A stretch of 63,920 bases of DNA, the filler included, from Hyphochytrium catenoides (lineage: Eukaryota > Protista > Hyphochytriomycota), in the NCBI GenBank assembly GCA_900088475.1. It is 6 parts of 6 records of this genome, joined end to end, with 100 filler letters (N's around TTAATTAATTAA, not from the genome) between each part and the next. Parts side by side here need not be neighbours in the genome. Positions count along the whole stretch, not along the records: positions 45,316 to 51,879 come from FLMG01000389.1; positions 51,980 to 56,099 come from FLMG01003642.1; positions 56,200 to 62,508 come from FLMG01000571.1; 3 more parts are not named here. One strand, given 5' to 3'. A program made the translations under genes and the position numbers. The notes under the pieces are model-generated. The model was not told the DNA's origin. It searched no databases and worked only from the letters and a program-made list of their open reading frames with translations. Every line of letters starts with the position of its first letter. The first letter of the stretch is position 1. Of the stretch, positions 48,628 through 61,118 are shown piece by piece.

Positions 48628-50967
48628 CTATGTCCCTTTAAAGAACCGCGGCGCCACCTCCGGCAACCACTGCGGGTCAATCGTGGTGACGCCCCTCATA
48701 TACTGACGACTGGTCACCACCAGCTCGTTGTACACCACGCACTGAGGCGGAGGAGAGCGAGAGAAGAGGACAGAAGACGGATGAATGGAGACAAGTTGCC
48801 CTGTACACAGACTCTTATAAGCAGCTTTGCCCTGTCCTCCTCCTCCCTCTACCTTTGGCATCCTTTTTGCACAGTTCAGGAAGAAGCCGCTAACTATGGC
48901 TTTCCTTACCACTTCGTTGTCCTGCGAGCAGCTTACGAGAGGGAGAGAAAGAGACCGGAAGTGCTCTACCAGCTGTTTTCTTACTGATTCCGCTGTCTTC
49001 ATAGAGGCAACGTTGACAAAGTTCTCATAGCACCATCGAGGCTCGCCTTTCATCTGCCTAAAGGCTTTATAGACGTTAAGGAGAGTAATGCAGTCTCCAT
49101 CGTAAGAAGCAAACCTCTTCTTTGCCGCTGCAGCCTTCTCTCTCTTCTCCTTTGGAGAGAAGAAGATATTCTCGACGGAGAGAAGAGAGACTATTGTCAA
49201 TGCCTCTTCAGAACAGCCAAAGTCCACGCTCTTCAGTAGCATCTTGGCATACATGGGATCTACAGGGAAGCGAGCCATCTTTCTTCCCATTTCGGTCAGC
49301 TTGCCGTCCTCACCCAGAGCCTCAAGTGCATAGAGTCTCTCTAACGCCTTTCCCAGCGCTTCTTTAGACGGCTTCTCCAGAAAGTCAAATCCAATGATAT
49401 CGTCAATGTTGAGGCTCTTCAGTTGAAGAACGACAGAGGAAAGGTTGATTCTCTTAATCTCAGGGATGATGTTCGGGCGTAGCTCAAGGAACTTCTTCTC
49501 TTGGTAGAGACGGAAGCATTTCCCTGCGCTCTCTCTCCCTGCTCGTCCGGCTCTTTGCTGTGCTTGTGCCTTTGAGATCTCAGTGATCTGCAGTGCATCC
49601 ATGCCATTCTTGGGGTTGTAGGAGCGGACCTTCACGAGTCCTGGGTCTATCACGTACTTGATGCCGTTGATTGTGAGGGAAGTCTCTGCGATGTTGGTGG
49701 CAAGGATCACTTTCCTTTCTCCTCTCTCGGCAGGTTCGAAGACACGGAGCTGCTGCTGTGGAGGCATAGCAGCATAAAGAGGGCAGATGCGGAGCTTGGC
49801 ACTTTCTGGAGGAAGTTGTTTCCCTTTCTCTTCTAAGAGCTGTTGGAGAGCTTCGATCTCTTCTTGGCCAGTTAGGAAGGCCAATATATCGCCGGAATCC
49901 TCTTCCAGGTGGATCTGTAAGACAGAGATGAGCACTGCATCTAGATAGTCCAGCTGTGGTTCCTGTGTATAGTAGACATCTACTGGGTACTGCCGCCCTT
50001 GAACGTAGAGAGAGAGTGCCCCAGGAAAGAAAGAAGAAAAGAGATCAACGTCTATCGTTGCTGACATAATGACGATCTTCAGATCCTTTCTTCTTCTGGC
50101 GAGAGGCTTCAGAATGCCCATCAAAATGTCAGTGTTCAGACTCCGCTCGTGGGCTTCGTCTAACATAACGACAGAGTAACGCGAGAGCTCTGGGTCGAGC
50201 ATCGCCTCTCTTAGAAGCATTCCGTCAGTCAGAAACTTGAGCTTAGTCCATGGCGTAGTGCAGTCATCAAAGCGGATGGAGTAGCCTACAAGCTCCCCTA
50301 GACGTGTGCCAACCTCCTCTGCTACTCTCTTGGCCACAGTGATCGCGGCCACTCTCCTCGGCTGGGTGACGCCTATCAGTTTGCCCTGAGAGGTGAAGCC
50401 TTTTTCCATGAGAAACTGAGGGATTTGCGTGGTCTTCCCGCTGCCAGTCTCTCCTATGATAATAACTACCTGATTGTCCATGATAGACTGCACGATCTTC
50501 TCTCTCTCTCCATAGACAGGAAGCTCCTTACGTATCTTTCCATGTTTACGAGGGAGAAGGACGGGTGCAGGCCTAGTCTGGGAAGCTTTGGATGCGGAGG
50601 AGTAGGGAGGAGAAAGCACTCTTTGTTTATTCGTTAGATAGCCTGCAGAGTGGCTCTGAAGGCTTTTCTTCCTCCTTATCTCTTCTGTCCTTTCCTCCTC
50701 GCCTGTATTGACTTTCTGCTCTTCCGTCGGGTTGAACGCCTGTTCTTGCGTGGAAGAGATAGAAGGCTGGCTCTGGCCAGTATCTTCAATGGCTTCGTTC
50801 CCGTGGTCATCAACATTCACTTCTTGACGCTTTCTCTTCTTCTTCCTCTTGTGCTTCTTTCTCATACTTTCGTCAGCAGGAAGAGAAGCGCCAGGCAGAA
50901 TGTTGATGTTGTTCTGCGAAGAGAAGACAGGGGCTGGCATCTGGTTCTGCAGGGTCATTGTGCCCAT
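48628..50967 (-). CDS. DHX33: DEAH-box RNA helicase, DHX33/Dhr2-like, intronless
   Basis: GETGSGKTTQ, TQPRRVAA, DEAHER, SAT, FLTGQEEIE, TNIAETSLT, QRAGRAGRE, HA2 and OB-fold (HPSSVL..VVYNELV). No S1 domain and a short C-terminus favour DHX33 over Prp22. First ATG at 50967. Confidence 0.88.
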   Translation of the reverse strand: MGTMTLQNQMPAPVFSSQNNINILPGASLPADESMRKKHKRKKKRKRQEVNVDDHGNEAIEDTGQSQPSISSTQEQAFNPTEEQKVNTGEEERTEEIRRKKSLQSHSAGYLTNKQRVLSPPYSSASKASQTRPAPVLLPRKHGKIRKELPVYGEREKIVQSIMDNQVVIIIGETGSGKTTQIPQFLMEKGFTSQGKLIGVTQPRRVAAITVAKRVAEEVGTRLGELVGYSIRFDDCTTPWTKLKFLTDGMLLREAMLDPELSRYSVVMLDEAHERSLNTDILMGILKPLARRRKDLKIVIMSATIDVDLFSSFFPGALSLYVQGRQYPVDVYYTQEPQLDYLDAVLISVLQIHLEEDSGDILAFLTGQEEIEALQQLLEEKGKQLPPESAKLRICPLYAAMPPQQQLRVFEPAERGERKVILATNIAETSLTINGIKYVIDPGLVKVRSYNPKNGMDALQITEISKAQAQQRAGRAGRESAGKCFRLYQEKKFLELRPNIIPEIKRINLSSVVLQLKSLNIDDIIGFDFLEKPSKEALGKALERLYALEALGEDGKLTEMGRKMARFPVDPMYAKMLLKSVDFGCSEEALTIVSLLSVENIFFSPKEKREKAAAAKKRFASYDGDCITLLNVYKAFRQMKGEPRWCYENFVNVASMKTAESVRKQLVEHFRSLSLPLVSCSQDNEVVRKAIVSGFFLNCAKRMPKVEGGGGQGKAAYKSLCTGQLVSIHPSSVLFSRSPPPQCVVYNELVVTSRQYMRGVTTIDPQWLPEVAPRFFKGT

Positions 50968-51879
50968 CTCCTCAAGAAATGGTGGATCGCCTAGAACTTC
51001 TCTTCCCACTCTAGAAAGCGGACCATGATGCTCGCCATTCTGAGACCGAGAAAGTACAACGCCGTACGAACATACTGCTTTTGCATATCCTTTAACCGAT
51101 CCGTCTTGCTCTTCAACGCTCCGGGCTTAAGGAGAAACATGCTTTCAGAATTATGTTGGACCACGGGTTTCCCTGCTCTTCTTGTTGGCGTCCGCAATCC
51201 AGCTGCAAATCTCTGAAAGAGAAAGCTTCAGAATTGGCCGATGTCTGAGCTTCGTCCTCACTGGCCAACGCGTCTCTGGATCTCTGTGGTCAGCAAGAGA
51301 AGAAGAGATCATGAGACAGAGCAAGATAAGAGGCACGGCGAGGACAAGACAGAGGGCAGTAGAGAGACAAATAAAACTGCTGAAAGTACAAGAAAAAACA
51401 GAGAGAGCTTGGGAGAGAGAGAGGGCTATGAAGACAGAGGAGTAGAGAGAGATGGTCATGAGCTAAGAAAGGTGGCATTAAGTGGGAGAGACATGTACAA
51501 GGGAAGAAGTATATATACAAAAAGACAGGCACAAGGATGGGGTCCTTCAAGACAGAGTGGCGGTGAGAAGGCAGAATCAATGGATGAGGTGAACCGCCAA
51601 AAGACGGTTTATGTAAAATCACCTTGCCCTCAAGAATCTCTATCACAGTCCAAATAGTACCAAATTCCAAAATACATCTGACCCAAAAGCCTCTAGGAGC
51701 CTTATCATTGTACTCCCATGGCCATTAGAGTTTGGCCAGTCGCGACCAGGAGTTATTACGGATAAAGACACCTAAACATACACTATCTACATGCCGCTTA
51801 TTCAGGATCAGCAGATGACGGGCCGTTTCACAGTGGCAGGTGGCGTTACATACTTCCCTCCTCTCCTCCCCTCTCCTCT

Positions 51880-51979
51880 NNNNNNNNNNNNNNNNNNNNN
51901 NNNNNNNNNNNNNNNNNNNNNNNTTAATTAATTAANNNNNNNNNNNNNNNNNNNNNNNNNNNNNNNNNNNNNNNNNNNN
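51880..51979. other. Artificial contig spacer
   Basis: TTAATTAATTAA at 51924-51935 inside an N block. Confidence 0.95.
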
Positions 51980-53414
51980 TCCACCACTCGCTGGAGGTCC
52001 CAGTGAGCCAGTGCCTCACGGATCCCGTCCGCCTTTTGAGAAGCGGAGAACTTGTGAAGCATTTTTCTAGCAGAGAGGAGGGGTGAATACAGCAGGAAAC
52101 AGACACCTTAATGTATGAATAGGTGACCAGATTAGAGGACTGAGAGTGAACAAGAAGAGAAAAGAGAGAGAGAAAGCGTGCAAGAGACAGAGAAAAGGGA
52201 AAGAGAGAAAAGGAGAGAAAGAGACATGCAGCAAGAGAGAGAGATGCAGAAAGAGAGAGAGAGAGAGAGAGAGGGAAAGAGAGAAAAAGAGAGACAGGAA
52301 TTGGGTCAAAAAGACGGACAAGACCAGCATCTGAGGTATTAAAGAGACAAGAGAGAGGTAGCGCTCTTACGATATCTCCTTTCTCATCACTGCTCTCTTC
52401 TCAATGTTCCTAACTGCTTGCTCTACTCGTCGGCGCTTCTCCTCTGCCTCCTTGATTCGCTCGGCCAAGATTTTCAGCCGCGCCCAGCCCGACGCGTCCT
52501 CAGTACTAAGAGGTAAGCCAAGCCGCTGAGCCTTCTCCCGCATCTATACAGATCGAGCGAAAGAAGTGAAAACGAAGGAGCATGTGATCAGAGGGAGGGA
52601 CAATGGGGGCCGAGAGAGAGATAGGCAGAGAGAAAGCGAAAGCCACAGAGAGACAGAGATAGACATGGAGAGACAGAGACAGACAGAGAGAGGGCTGAGG
52701 GCGGGTGAAGAGAGCGCGTAGAGAACGAGATGAGAGAGAGAGCTCACTAGGAGAGAGAGGAAACGGGGAGCTAGGAAGATATGAACCTGAGAAAAATGAT
52801 GATACGAAAGAGAAAAGGGAAGCAAAAGGACTCTAGCAGGGTGGCATATCGTCGTCGAAGGAGAACGATGGGATGATAGGGACATCTTACCATGGCAACG
52901 TTGTGGTAAAGAGAAAGATGATCCTCTTTGGCCATCAGCTGCCGCTGGTGAGCCTCCTTTGCCAAGTCTTCAGCTCTCAGAGCAAACGCATGACGGTCTT
53001 CCCAAATCATCTTCTTCACTTCCATCTAAACCAAACAAGAGCAGACAAGGCCGGGCGAGAATGGTCACGTACTCTTATCTATTAAGGAAAGAGCGAGATG
53101 GAAGGAGCTAAAAGCATAGCAAACTTGGTAAGAGCGACGCTTACAGCTCATGATGAGTGGGCGCCAAACGTCGGAAGCATGAGTGGGATGAAAAGATAGA
53201 GGCGAGTTCAGGAAGAGAGGCAAGAGAGGGTGAGTGATGTGAGGCAAAGGGTGCATAGGAAAGGGGTAAGGAAGAGGATGCGAATCTCTACCATCTCTCT
53301 CTTCCTCATCCATTGCTCCTCCTGCTGAGCATGAAACTGCCTCCGCATTAGATTCGACTTCCGTCGATCCACCTTCCACTGCAGCTGCAGGGAGTTGCTG
53401 AGCACCGCCTCCAT
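51980..53414 (-). CDS. Unknown coiled-coil protein, at least four exons, 3'-truncated at contig end
   Basis: Phase-consistent GT-AG exons give MEAVLSNSLQLQWKVDRRK...REM / MEVKKMIWEDRH...NVAM / MREKAQRLGLPL...RKEIS / KMLHKFSASQKADGIREALAHWDLQRVV. Confidence 0.65.
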
Positions 53415-54272
53415 GGTGCCCGTTGTTGTCCTGGTCCTACCCTGCCGCTATTCTCTCTTCCCGCCAAGTCGGACCATGCTTTCAAGGATCACATTGCTCA
53501 GCATCAGTCGCGGACGTCACTCTTTCTCTCCACGCAGGAGCTGATGAGCCCCTGCTAACGAGGTACATGGCTCTTGACGGTAGGCACATCCATGTCTCTG
53601 GTGCCGTCCTACTACCATAGCGGAGCAGATATCACGGAGAATTGTGAAAGCAACTGTTGACGCTGACGCTGAGCCTCTGCTGTCTTTGCTGTCATCCACT
53701 CGTTGCTCTCTTCTCTTCTCTCCTTGCCTTTCTCCCCTATGAGACACTGAGCTCTCAATCCCTCTCCTCCTGCCTCATTGCCACTTGATGTTCTTCTTCT
53801 CTCCCAGCACACAGAAGTGCACTCTCAGAATCCTTCCCACTCCGGCCCTGGAATTACCACGAACAGCCATTTGTAACGCCATTTATAGCTGCTAACGCCT
53901 AAGCCCAGCACTACTCTCTAGTCGAACAGTCAACCGAAAAGGGTCGCTAACGGTCATTCTAGCGGTCCGCGGTCCGTTATATGGGCGAGCTCGGAGCTCA
54001 GCAGGAAGGACGGGATCGGCCGGGATGGCAAGCAGGGAACCCGGCTGATGGAGAGCAATTGAGGAGAAGAAGCTGATGGAGATGGTCAGAGGAGAAGAAG
54101 CAGAAAGGCTGAGAGCGCAATGTTTCTCTTGGAAGTCGTATGGGAAGCCGTGTGGTCGCATGCTGGGCATGATGGTTTATGGCCAGAAGCAGCCGTAGGA
54201 CCAGAGCGGGATAGGGCTAAACAAGATCGTCCACGGAGTATAAGCAGCAAGGTTGACGATGAAGAAGATTCT

Positions 54273-56099
54273 TTATTTGTAACTTCTATTGGGAAGTCTT
54301 GGGTGAATGCGGGTCCTCTCTCTCCATAACTGCCGTAGCTGCTTCTTGTTCACTTTGCCCATTGCGTTCTTCGGGACTTCAGGCACCACCTTCAGCAAGG
54401 TGGGCAGCTTGTACGGAGACAATTGCGAGGAAGCGAAGGTTCTCATCTTCTCTAAAGTGACCTCTCCTTCTTTTCCTGTCCATGTACAAGCTGGTAAGAG
54501 ATGACATGAAGGAGCCATAGAGCCAGATTGGTCGAGAACGCAGAAACCACTTGAGGATTGAAGCGGCGCCGACGCTTAAGACGGTGACGCACCTGCTGCG
54601 GCTCTGATCACTGCCGCCACTCTTTCTCCCCAAACTTCATCCTTGATCCCCAGGACGTAGCACTCAGCGATGGCTGGATGGTCAAGGAGCGTTCTCTCTA
54701 TGTCTAAAGCAGAGATCTTGTACCCGCCGCTTTTAATGATGTCTATAGAGGCCCTCCCAGCAATCTGGTAGCTTTGGTGAGAGGAAGAGAAGACAGCGAT
54801 GTCTCCTGTCTTGAACCAGCCCTTTCTCTTCCTTCCTTGAGCTTCTGTCCTGCTTTCTTCATCCGAGTCCTCCTCAAATTCCGCATTAGTGGCTGCTTCG
54901 TTACGCCAGTACTCCTTGAAGACAGTTGGGCCCTAGGTTTCATTAGTTAGCAGTGCGGAAGGAAAGGATATTGCGGCGGCTGTGCTTCAGAAGACAAGGA
55001 GGTATTGAGGGAGAAACAAGCTAACATTATCGTAAAGAGATAGACCATGAGCTGAGAAGAAGAGATTAGAGATGGAAAGGTTGGTCGCGTTCGAGTGTCT
55101 GCTTTATGCACTTTTACCTTAACAAGAAGCTCTCCTTGCTCTCCTTCTTGGACTCTTTGTCTCGTGACGGGATCCACTACTTTTACCTGGACACTGGGCA
55201 GCGGACGGCCCACAAAGCCTGGGATCCGGGCGCTAACCGGCCACAGAGGGTTTGATAACGCCATTCCTATCTCTGTCATTCCGTACCTGAATTGATAAAA
55301 GATAGAGACAAAGCATTAGCTGCAGTGTCGACAAACTTTCCAGAAATGGCTGGACCTAGACCATAACCAATGAGCGTGTGAGAGACGAGCGTGAGCATGG
55401 GAACGAGAAAACTGGAATGAGGGAGAGATAGAGAACATTGGGAACGACAAGGTGAAAGAGACGCAGATTTACCGAAACATGACCGCGAGAGGCTGCAAAG
55501 AAGAGAAAGACAGGCATGAGAGAGACATGATGAAGGGGCAGGAGAGAGAGAGAGAACCAGGAGGCACAGAAATGCGGAAGAGAAAGAAAGTGAAAAGAAG
55601 CTTCTTTCCTTTCAAGCAAAGTATGTCCGGTTAGGTCGCTCCATCTCATCATAGTGGAGACTGGACAGGCAGCTGATCCGCTCACCATGAGTCTCATAGA
55701 CTTCACATGGGCCAGCGCTCTCTCTTTCTCCTCCTCAGATAAACGAGGGAAGGCCTCTAGGAGCTTCATATAAATAGTTGGGACTGCCATAAAGACTGAT
55801 ACCCGGTTCCCTTCCTCTTGGTCTTTCTCTCCCTGAGGCGTTTTTGCTAGGCGTCGCCAGATCTTCTCCGCACCATGCTCTGCTAGGAACTCCACGCTGG
55901 CACCGGTCCATAGGGGACAGAGGAGCTTATTAACAATGCCATGGACGTGATGGAGAGGGAGAAAGTGCAGGATGTGGTCGTCTCTCTGCCATTCCCAGGC
56001 TTGCACCAGGTCTCTTATCATAGCTTCGATGCTGCTATGAGTATGGACCACGCCTTTCGGTGGCCCTGTCGTTCCACTAGTATAGAGGATCATCGCTCT
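54273..56099 (-). CDS. ACSF3: Malonyl-CoA synthetase / ACSF3-MatB-type acyl-CoA synthetase, 5'-truncated
   Basis: Exons 56099-55609, 55286-55118, 54932-54593, 54475-54273. Motifs [92 protein letters not shown]. Confidence 0.93.
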
Positions 56100-56199
56100 N
56101 NNNNNNNNNNNNNNNNNNNNNNNNNNNNNNNNNNNNNNNNNNNTTAATTAATTAANNNNNNNNNNNNNNNNNNNNNNNNNNNNNNNNNNNNNNNNNNNN
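56100..56199. other. Artificial contig spacer
   Basis: TTAATTAATTAA at 56144-56155 inside an N block. Confidence 0.95.
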
Positions 56200-56942
56200 T
56201 CTGACGAAGGCGACGATGCTATCTGGGGACTAGGTCGCCAATAGAAATGATCATTGGCCTCCTTGACCCTCATCACGCATCTCTCAACTGCTGCAGTAAC
56301 ACCTTTTGGTGGCCGGGACGAAATATTCCCACAAGCTTTCGAAGCTCATTCATTTCATTCGTTTCATAACATGAGCTTTGTTATAGATTGCGATATCCTT
56401 CTCGAAACTTATGAAAGATGTACTGTCGTTACCGGCTACAATGGTGTTACAAAGTTGGCCTCATATATCTGACTTCATCATCACATCATTGTCCTCTCTG
56501 GCTCATTGTTAGTCCTGCTGACTCGACTCCATCCCCACAGTCACGACGTCGAGAGTGCACCTCAGGAAGTTGATACAGAGTCCCATAGGCCAATACCCGG
56601 TCAGAGTTAAAGCTTAGCCAGGCTAGGGTTATAGAGTTTCAGGGGCCAACACCGATGACCTTGTGAACTTAGCCAGGCTGTGGTTATAGAGTTTGAGAGA
56701 CCACCACCTGTGGCGTCGAAGTTATTCAAGGATAACGTAGACGGATAACTCATGTGACTGGACAAGCATGTATTACTGACGTCCGAAAGGCAAGAAAGGC
56801 CTCGTGCGCATGGGTAAGCTATGCCGTTCGCGCTAAGAAAGATAGAACAACTAATAAGGACCGTAGGGTTAGAGACTACAACTAAAGAGTTAGAGAAGCG
56901 GCGCATTAGAAGTGACAGATGATGACTGTCAGCACCTCAGGC

Positions 56943-59865
56943 CTATCGAGTGAAGTCTCGGTCTGGCAATAAGATGGGAGCGACAAGTGACCAGCAATAT
57001 AGAGCTACGCCTAGCCAACCGCTGCCAATTGCAACCCAAACGGCAGTCCAAGAGCCGCCAGAGATATACTTACTGAGCTTGACCTAAAATAACAGGTTAG
57101 CGTTTCGATCAGCTAGGCATACGGAAGGCGAAGCAGAAAGGAGGACTAGAAAAGCATACTGAAAGGGACGTTAAGCAACGAGACAACAATGTAAGGGTTG
57201 CCAAGAGCGAGAAGATCCACAGACAGAAAGCCCCTACTACTACCGCTTTGTCGACTTACCTCCTCAAAGTCGGTGATGACCTGAGACATGTATAGAGCAG
57301 AGCAAGCGAACACAAAGTGGAAAAATGCATAGCTATAGTCCGGCCTCTCGGCCCTAGGTACTCTTCTGCTCCAGCCCTCACTCTCCTCGCCAGCACCCTT
57401 TTCTTCGTCTTCTAGCAGTGTTGAGCCGTCATCTGGCCCATCATACTCATACTCGCTGTAACCCATGAAGTTACTGCTGCCGTTTGAAAGACTAGAGTAC
57501 ACTATAGAAATCACCGTCAATACGGTCCCAAATGCCTCGCCACCAGCGTTGTACTTGGCTTGAGTCTAAGGACGGAAACAGGTGGGGCGCATTAGAGAGC
57601 GCCAGGGAGAGCAGCGGTTAGCGCGAAGGAACAGTAGGAAAGTATAAATAGTATGCTGTATGGAGGAGAAGGACCGACCATAAAGGCATGAGAGAAAAGT
57701 ACCAAGCAACCTCGTAACAGAAGAGTGCCACAGAGAGGGCTATGAGTGGGAACCAGATATTGAAAAGGCACGCCTGAGGACCGTATCATGCAACATACAT
57801 CTTTTGAAATGGCTGAACATCCTGAGGCGTAAGGTTCACTTGATAGAGCAGTCCATACAAGGTATGTGCTGTACAGAGCCACTAACGAGGCTTGTAGCAA
57901 ACCTGAGTCCGGATTGGCCTCCTGAACATAATGTCAAAAGGGAGAAGGAGATATTAGTACCCCACTGACAGGAAGGAACGGAGAGACAGCCAGGCGAAGT
58001 TTTATAGGGACCTGCAAGCGGCTCTGTCTGCAGATGAGCACAAGGTAAGTAACTGCGTCGGATGCACGCAACTCAACGACGCAAGCGCTGAATGTTGGGC
58101 AACGCAGAGAAGAGTCAGAGGAAATAAAGCAAGGGGTTATGAAGAAATACCTGGACTTCGGGATGGATGGAAAGTAGGCAGCTGATAATGCAGGCAATAA
58201 GGTTGAAGACAAGGAAGAAGGAATTTAGTCCGCAGTGCTCTCCATGTCTTCCAGGTGCAGGAGCGGTATAGTTCATAAAGGATATGACAGTCAGGCCTAT
58301 AGCACCCAAGAGCATAGACACCTAAAGGCAAACAGAGCGAGAGAGTAATGGGCAAGAGGGAGAGAAAGAAGTAAGACGGGTGGTAGGAAAGAGAGGGTCC
58401 GCGAGAAAGGGAATGAGTGACCAAAGCCATATTTTATAACGGAGCGGAAGCCACATTTGACCAAGCTACGAGGAAGCAGGGAGCTACCATCTACCATCAA
58501 GCTAGACCTCCACGAAAGAAAACACTACAAAAGAGGAGGGGTAAGGGTTCAAAGGTTGCAAGCATTGGCGGGCTGGGGGATAAGAGGAGGCGCCAAACGT
58601 GTGACGAAGAAGGAGCGGTGAAGCAGAGCAAGGTCAAGCGTCTGTCCTACCGTAGAGACGAGCAAAGCCCAGAAGTACTTCCCGTTCTCGGGTGCCCGTT
58701 CACTGGCAGAGAGGAGATACTCTGCTATCGAGTGAGCGAAATCCACCAAGAGAACCATCTGAACCACGATGAAGAGAAACGAGCAAATCCAAGCGAGAGT
58801 CGAATAGGACGAGAGGAAGAACTCATAGTCTATAAAGGCGCTGAAGAAGATGATAGTCCCAAAGAGCAGCGTTTTCAGTGTCCACAAGCTAGATCAGCCA
58901 CCAAGTTAGAGCGCCAGCCAGGAGGTCCACGAAGTAATTTGAGGGAGGAGTTGGTGGCGAGGGGCGGTCGGAGGACATATGTTAGCCATGGAAAGAAGCC
59001 AAAAAGAACATCTTCATATTAATCTTGCAAGAAGATAGAAGCGAAGAGGCGAGAGGAAGCGAGGAAGCCAAAGAGAAGTAAACACCAGCGAACTTGAAGG
59101 GACAACGGAGGGCGGAAAAAAGAGCACTGATGGGACTCCGGATAGTAGCGTACGCACCTATTTTGGAGCTTTCCTTGCCAGCTGTTAATGGAGTTCGCCC
59201 CAATGGTAAGTAGTGAGAAGAGGAGAAAGAAGAAAAAGACGCCTAAGCATATCCTCTCCATCATAATCCGGCTCACCACGTCTTCGAGCACACATCCCTC
59301 CGTCGAGCTACAGAGCCGCCGGAGTGAGGGCGGAGTAACAGCTTTGGACTATATTGAGGCCGAGAAGAGGGTCACACCCAGAGAGTGGAGAGGCAAGCGA
59401 AGTTAGAAAGACCTCTTAGTTGTGGTTTGGGAAACGAGGGTGGCTGAGCCCAGTGAGAGAAAGCAAGGAAGATAGGACAGATGGGATGGGGTTGAATAAA
59501 ACGGGAAAGGAGGACGCAGCGGCGTAGGTGCAGAAGCTTAAGAATACGGTGGTTGCGGTCGGCTTTCCATCTGACGAAGCACAAGGATCTAGGCACTGAA
59601 GGTCTGAAGAGTCTGAGCGAAGCGGTGATGGTTGATGGCAGAGAGAGAAAGATCAGGGACGCACCCAGACAAGCCATCGTACTACGGGCTTTGACATCGC
59701 AAGCCTCGCGATTCCAAGGCCACTGAAGAGAAAGAGAGACCAAGAAATGCGAGAGTTCTCAGACAGACTGAGCGTCCGGCCAATGGCCTTTAACACTGTC
59801 CCAGCCACCATGGACATGCAGCAGCATGCGGCGTCAGAAAGGATGAAGGCGATGAAGGTCGCCAT
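56943..59865 (-). CDS. SERINC: Serine incorporator (Serinc/TMS1) multi-pass membrane protein
   Basis: Seven GT-AG exons. Hallmarks [61 protein letters not shown] and C-terminal [14 protein letters not shown]. Confidence 0.93.
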
Positions 59866-60064
59866 GCTGCACTAACACGAGCAGAGGACGTCTCCTTCTC
59901 TTCGTCTCCTCTCCGGCTAGCGGCCAAGCTCTGTTGCTCTCTGTCTAATTTCCAGACTTTCTTCTCGCCGGAGTCGATCCTATTGTCAGAAGAATGAGTG
60001 GTAGAATGAGTGCTACTAGCCAGAAGGCTCAGGAACTTGCTAAACTCTAGAAGGACGAAGAAGA

Positions 60065-60073
60065 GCTATAAAT
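60065..60073 (+). promoter_or_regulatory. Candidate TATA-like element GCTATAAAT in the Serinc/Rab divergent intergenic region
   Basis: The same 9-mer occurs on the - strand at 53881-53889 and 36264-36272, each upstream of a same-strand coding segment. Confidence 0.35.
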
Positions 60074-61118
60074 CTGGCAGTGCCCACCTGCGCCTCACAA
60101 GCCTCGTCCCTGGTGGCTCCTAACTCGATCTGCCTAGCGAGGACGCAAGGGAAGGACCGTTCACGGCCCTGTCATCAGCTCGTCAGCTCCTCCTCTGCTG
60201 CTGTCGCTTCACCGTGTCATTGACAAGAGCTCCTGCTTTCTTGGAAAGTCATCTTTTTCTTGTCTTGATCGTCAGTTTGTTTAACTTCGTATTTTTCCTC
60301 TTTTAGTGAATGTTTCCAAAACTCGCTACTTTCTTAGCTGTCGGGAAGGTAAGTTTAATGAATCTTCCAGAGGAAAGATTCCCCACTTGCGAACCGTTCT
60401 CTTTCCCTTCACGTTCGCTCCTTCCCAACTTTCTCGTCTCTCTCTTTCTNNNNNNNNNNNNNNNNNNNNNNNNNNNNNNNNNNNNNNNNNNNNNNNNNNN
60501 NNNNNNNNNNNNNNNNNNNNNNNNNNNNNNNNNNNNNNNNNNNNNNNNNNNNNNNNNNNNNNNNNNNNNNNNNNNNNNNNNTCTCTCTCTTATCTTTCGC
60601 TATAACTCTGGGTTGTCTCTCTCTCTCCCCCTTCTTTCCCTGTAGCACATGTGCCCTCCAAAGAGGTCCTTTGCGCCATTTCCTTTGCGCCACGTCTCTC
60701 TGCTATCCTCCTTCCTTCGTTGACCTCTTTGGCCTCTTCCAAGTGGTCCTCTCCCTTTTCCCTCCCGATGAGGAAGAGGGTGGCTGCTCTGTGCAGAGAG
60801 AGGCTCCTGGATCAGTGCTCCATCAGCGCTTAAGGCGGCCTTATCTTATGGGAGCAAGGAGGATAGCTTCTGTCCCCTTCGTCTGAGGGTGATCGCTGCC
60901 TACTGTCCGAGGTAGAGGAAAGGAGAGGACTCCTTGCCTTCCAGCGGACTTCGTGCCCACTCTCTCGCTCTGTCTCTGTCAGCGTCTTTCTCTCGCCTCT
61001 CTCCTATCTCTCGGCACACGGAGCATCTTTCTTCTTCTATCTCGCAGTTGGATCTCTTCATTCGATAGTTGATAAGCCCTGATGGACTAGGGATGCAGAG
61101 AGAGAGGCCAAAGCTAAG

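Noticed and set aside
56254-56472. Possible terminal exon of a + strand gene
   Set aside because: Plausible acceptor but no recognisable motif, and the rest is beyond the contig edge.
58417-59022. 201-aa + strand ORF
   Set aside because: Antisense to a Serinc exon and its introns.
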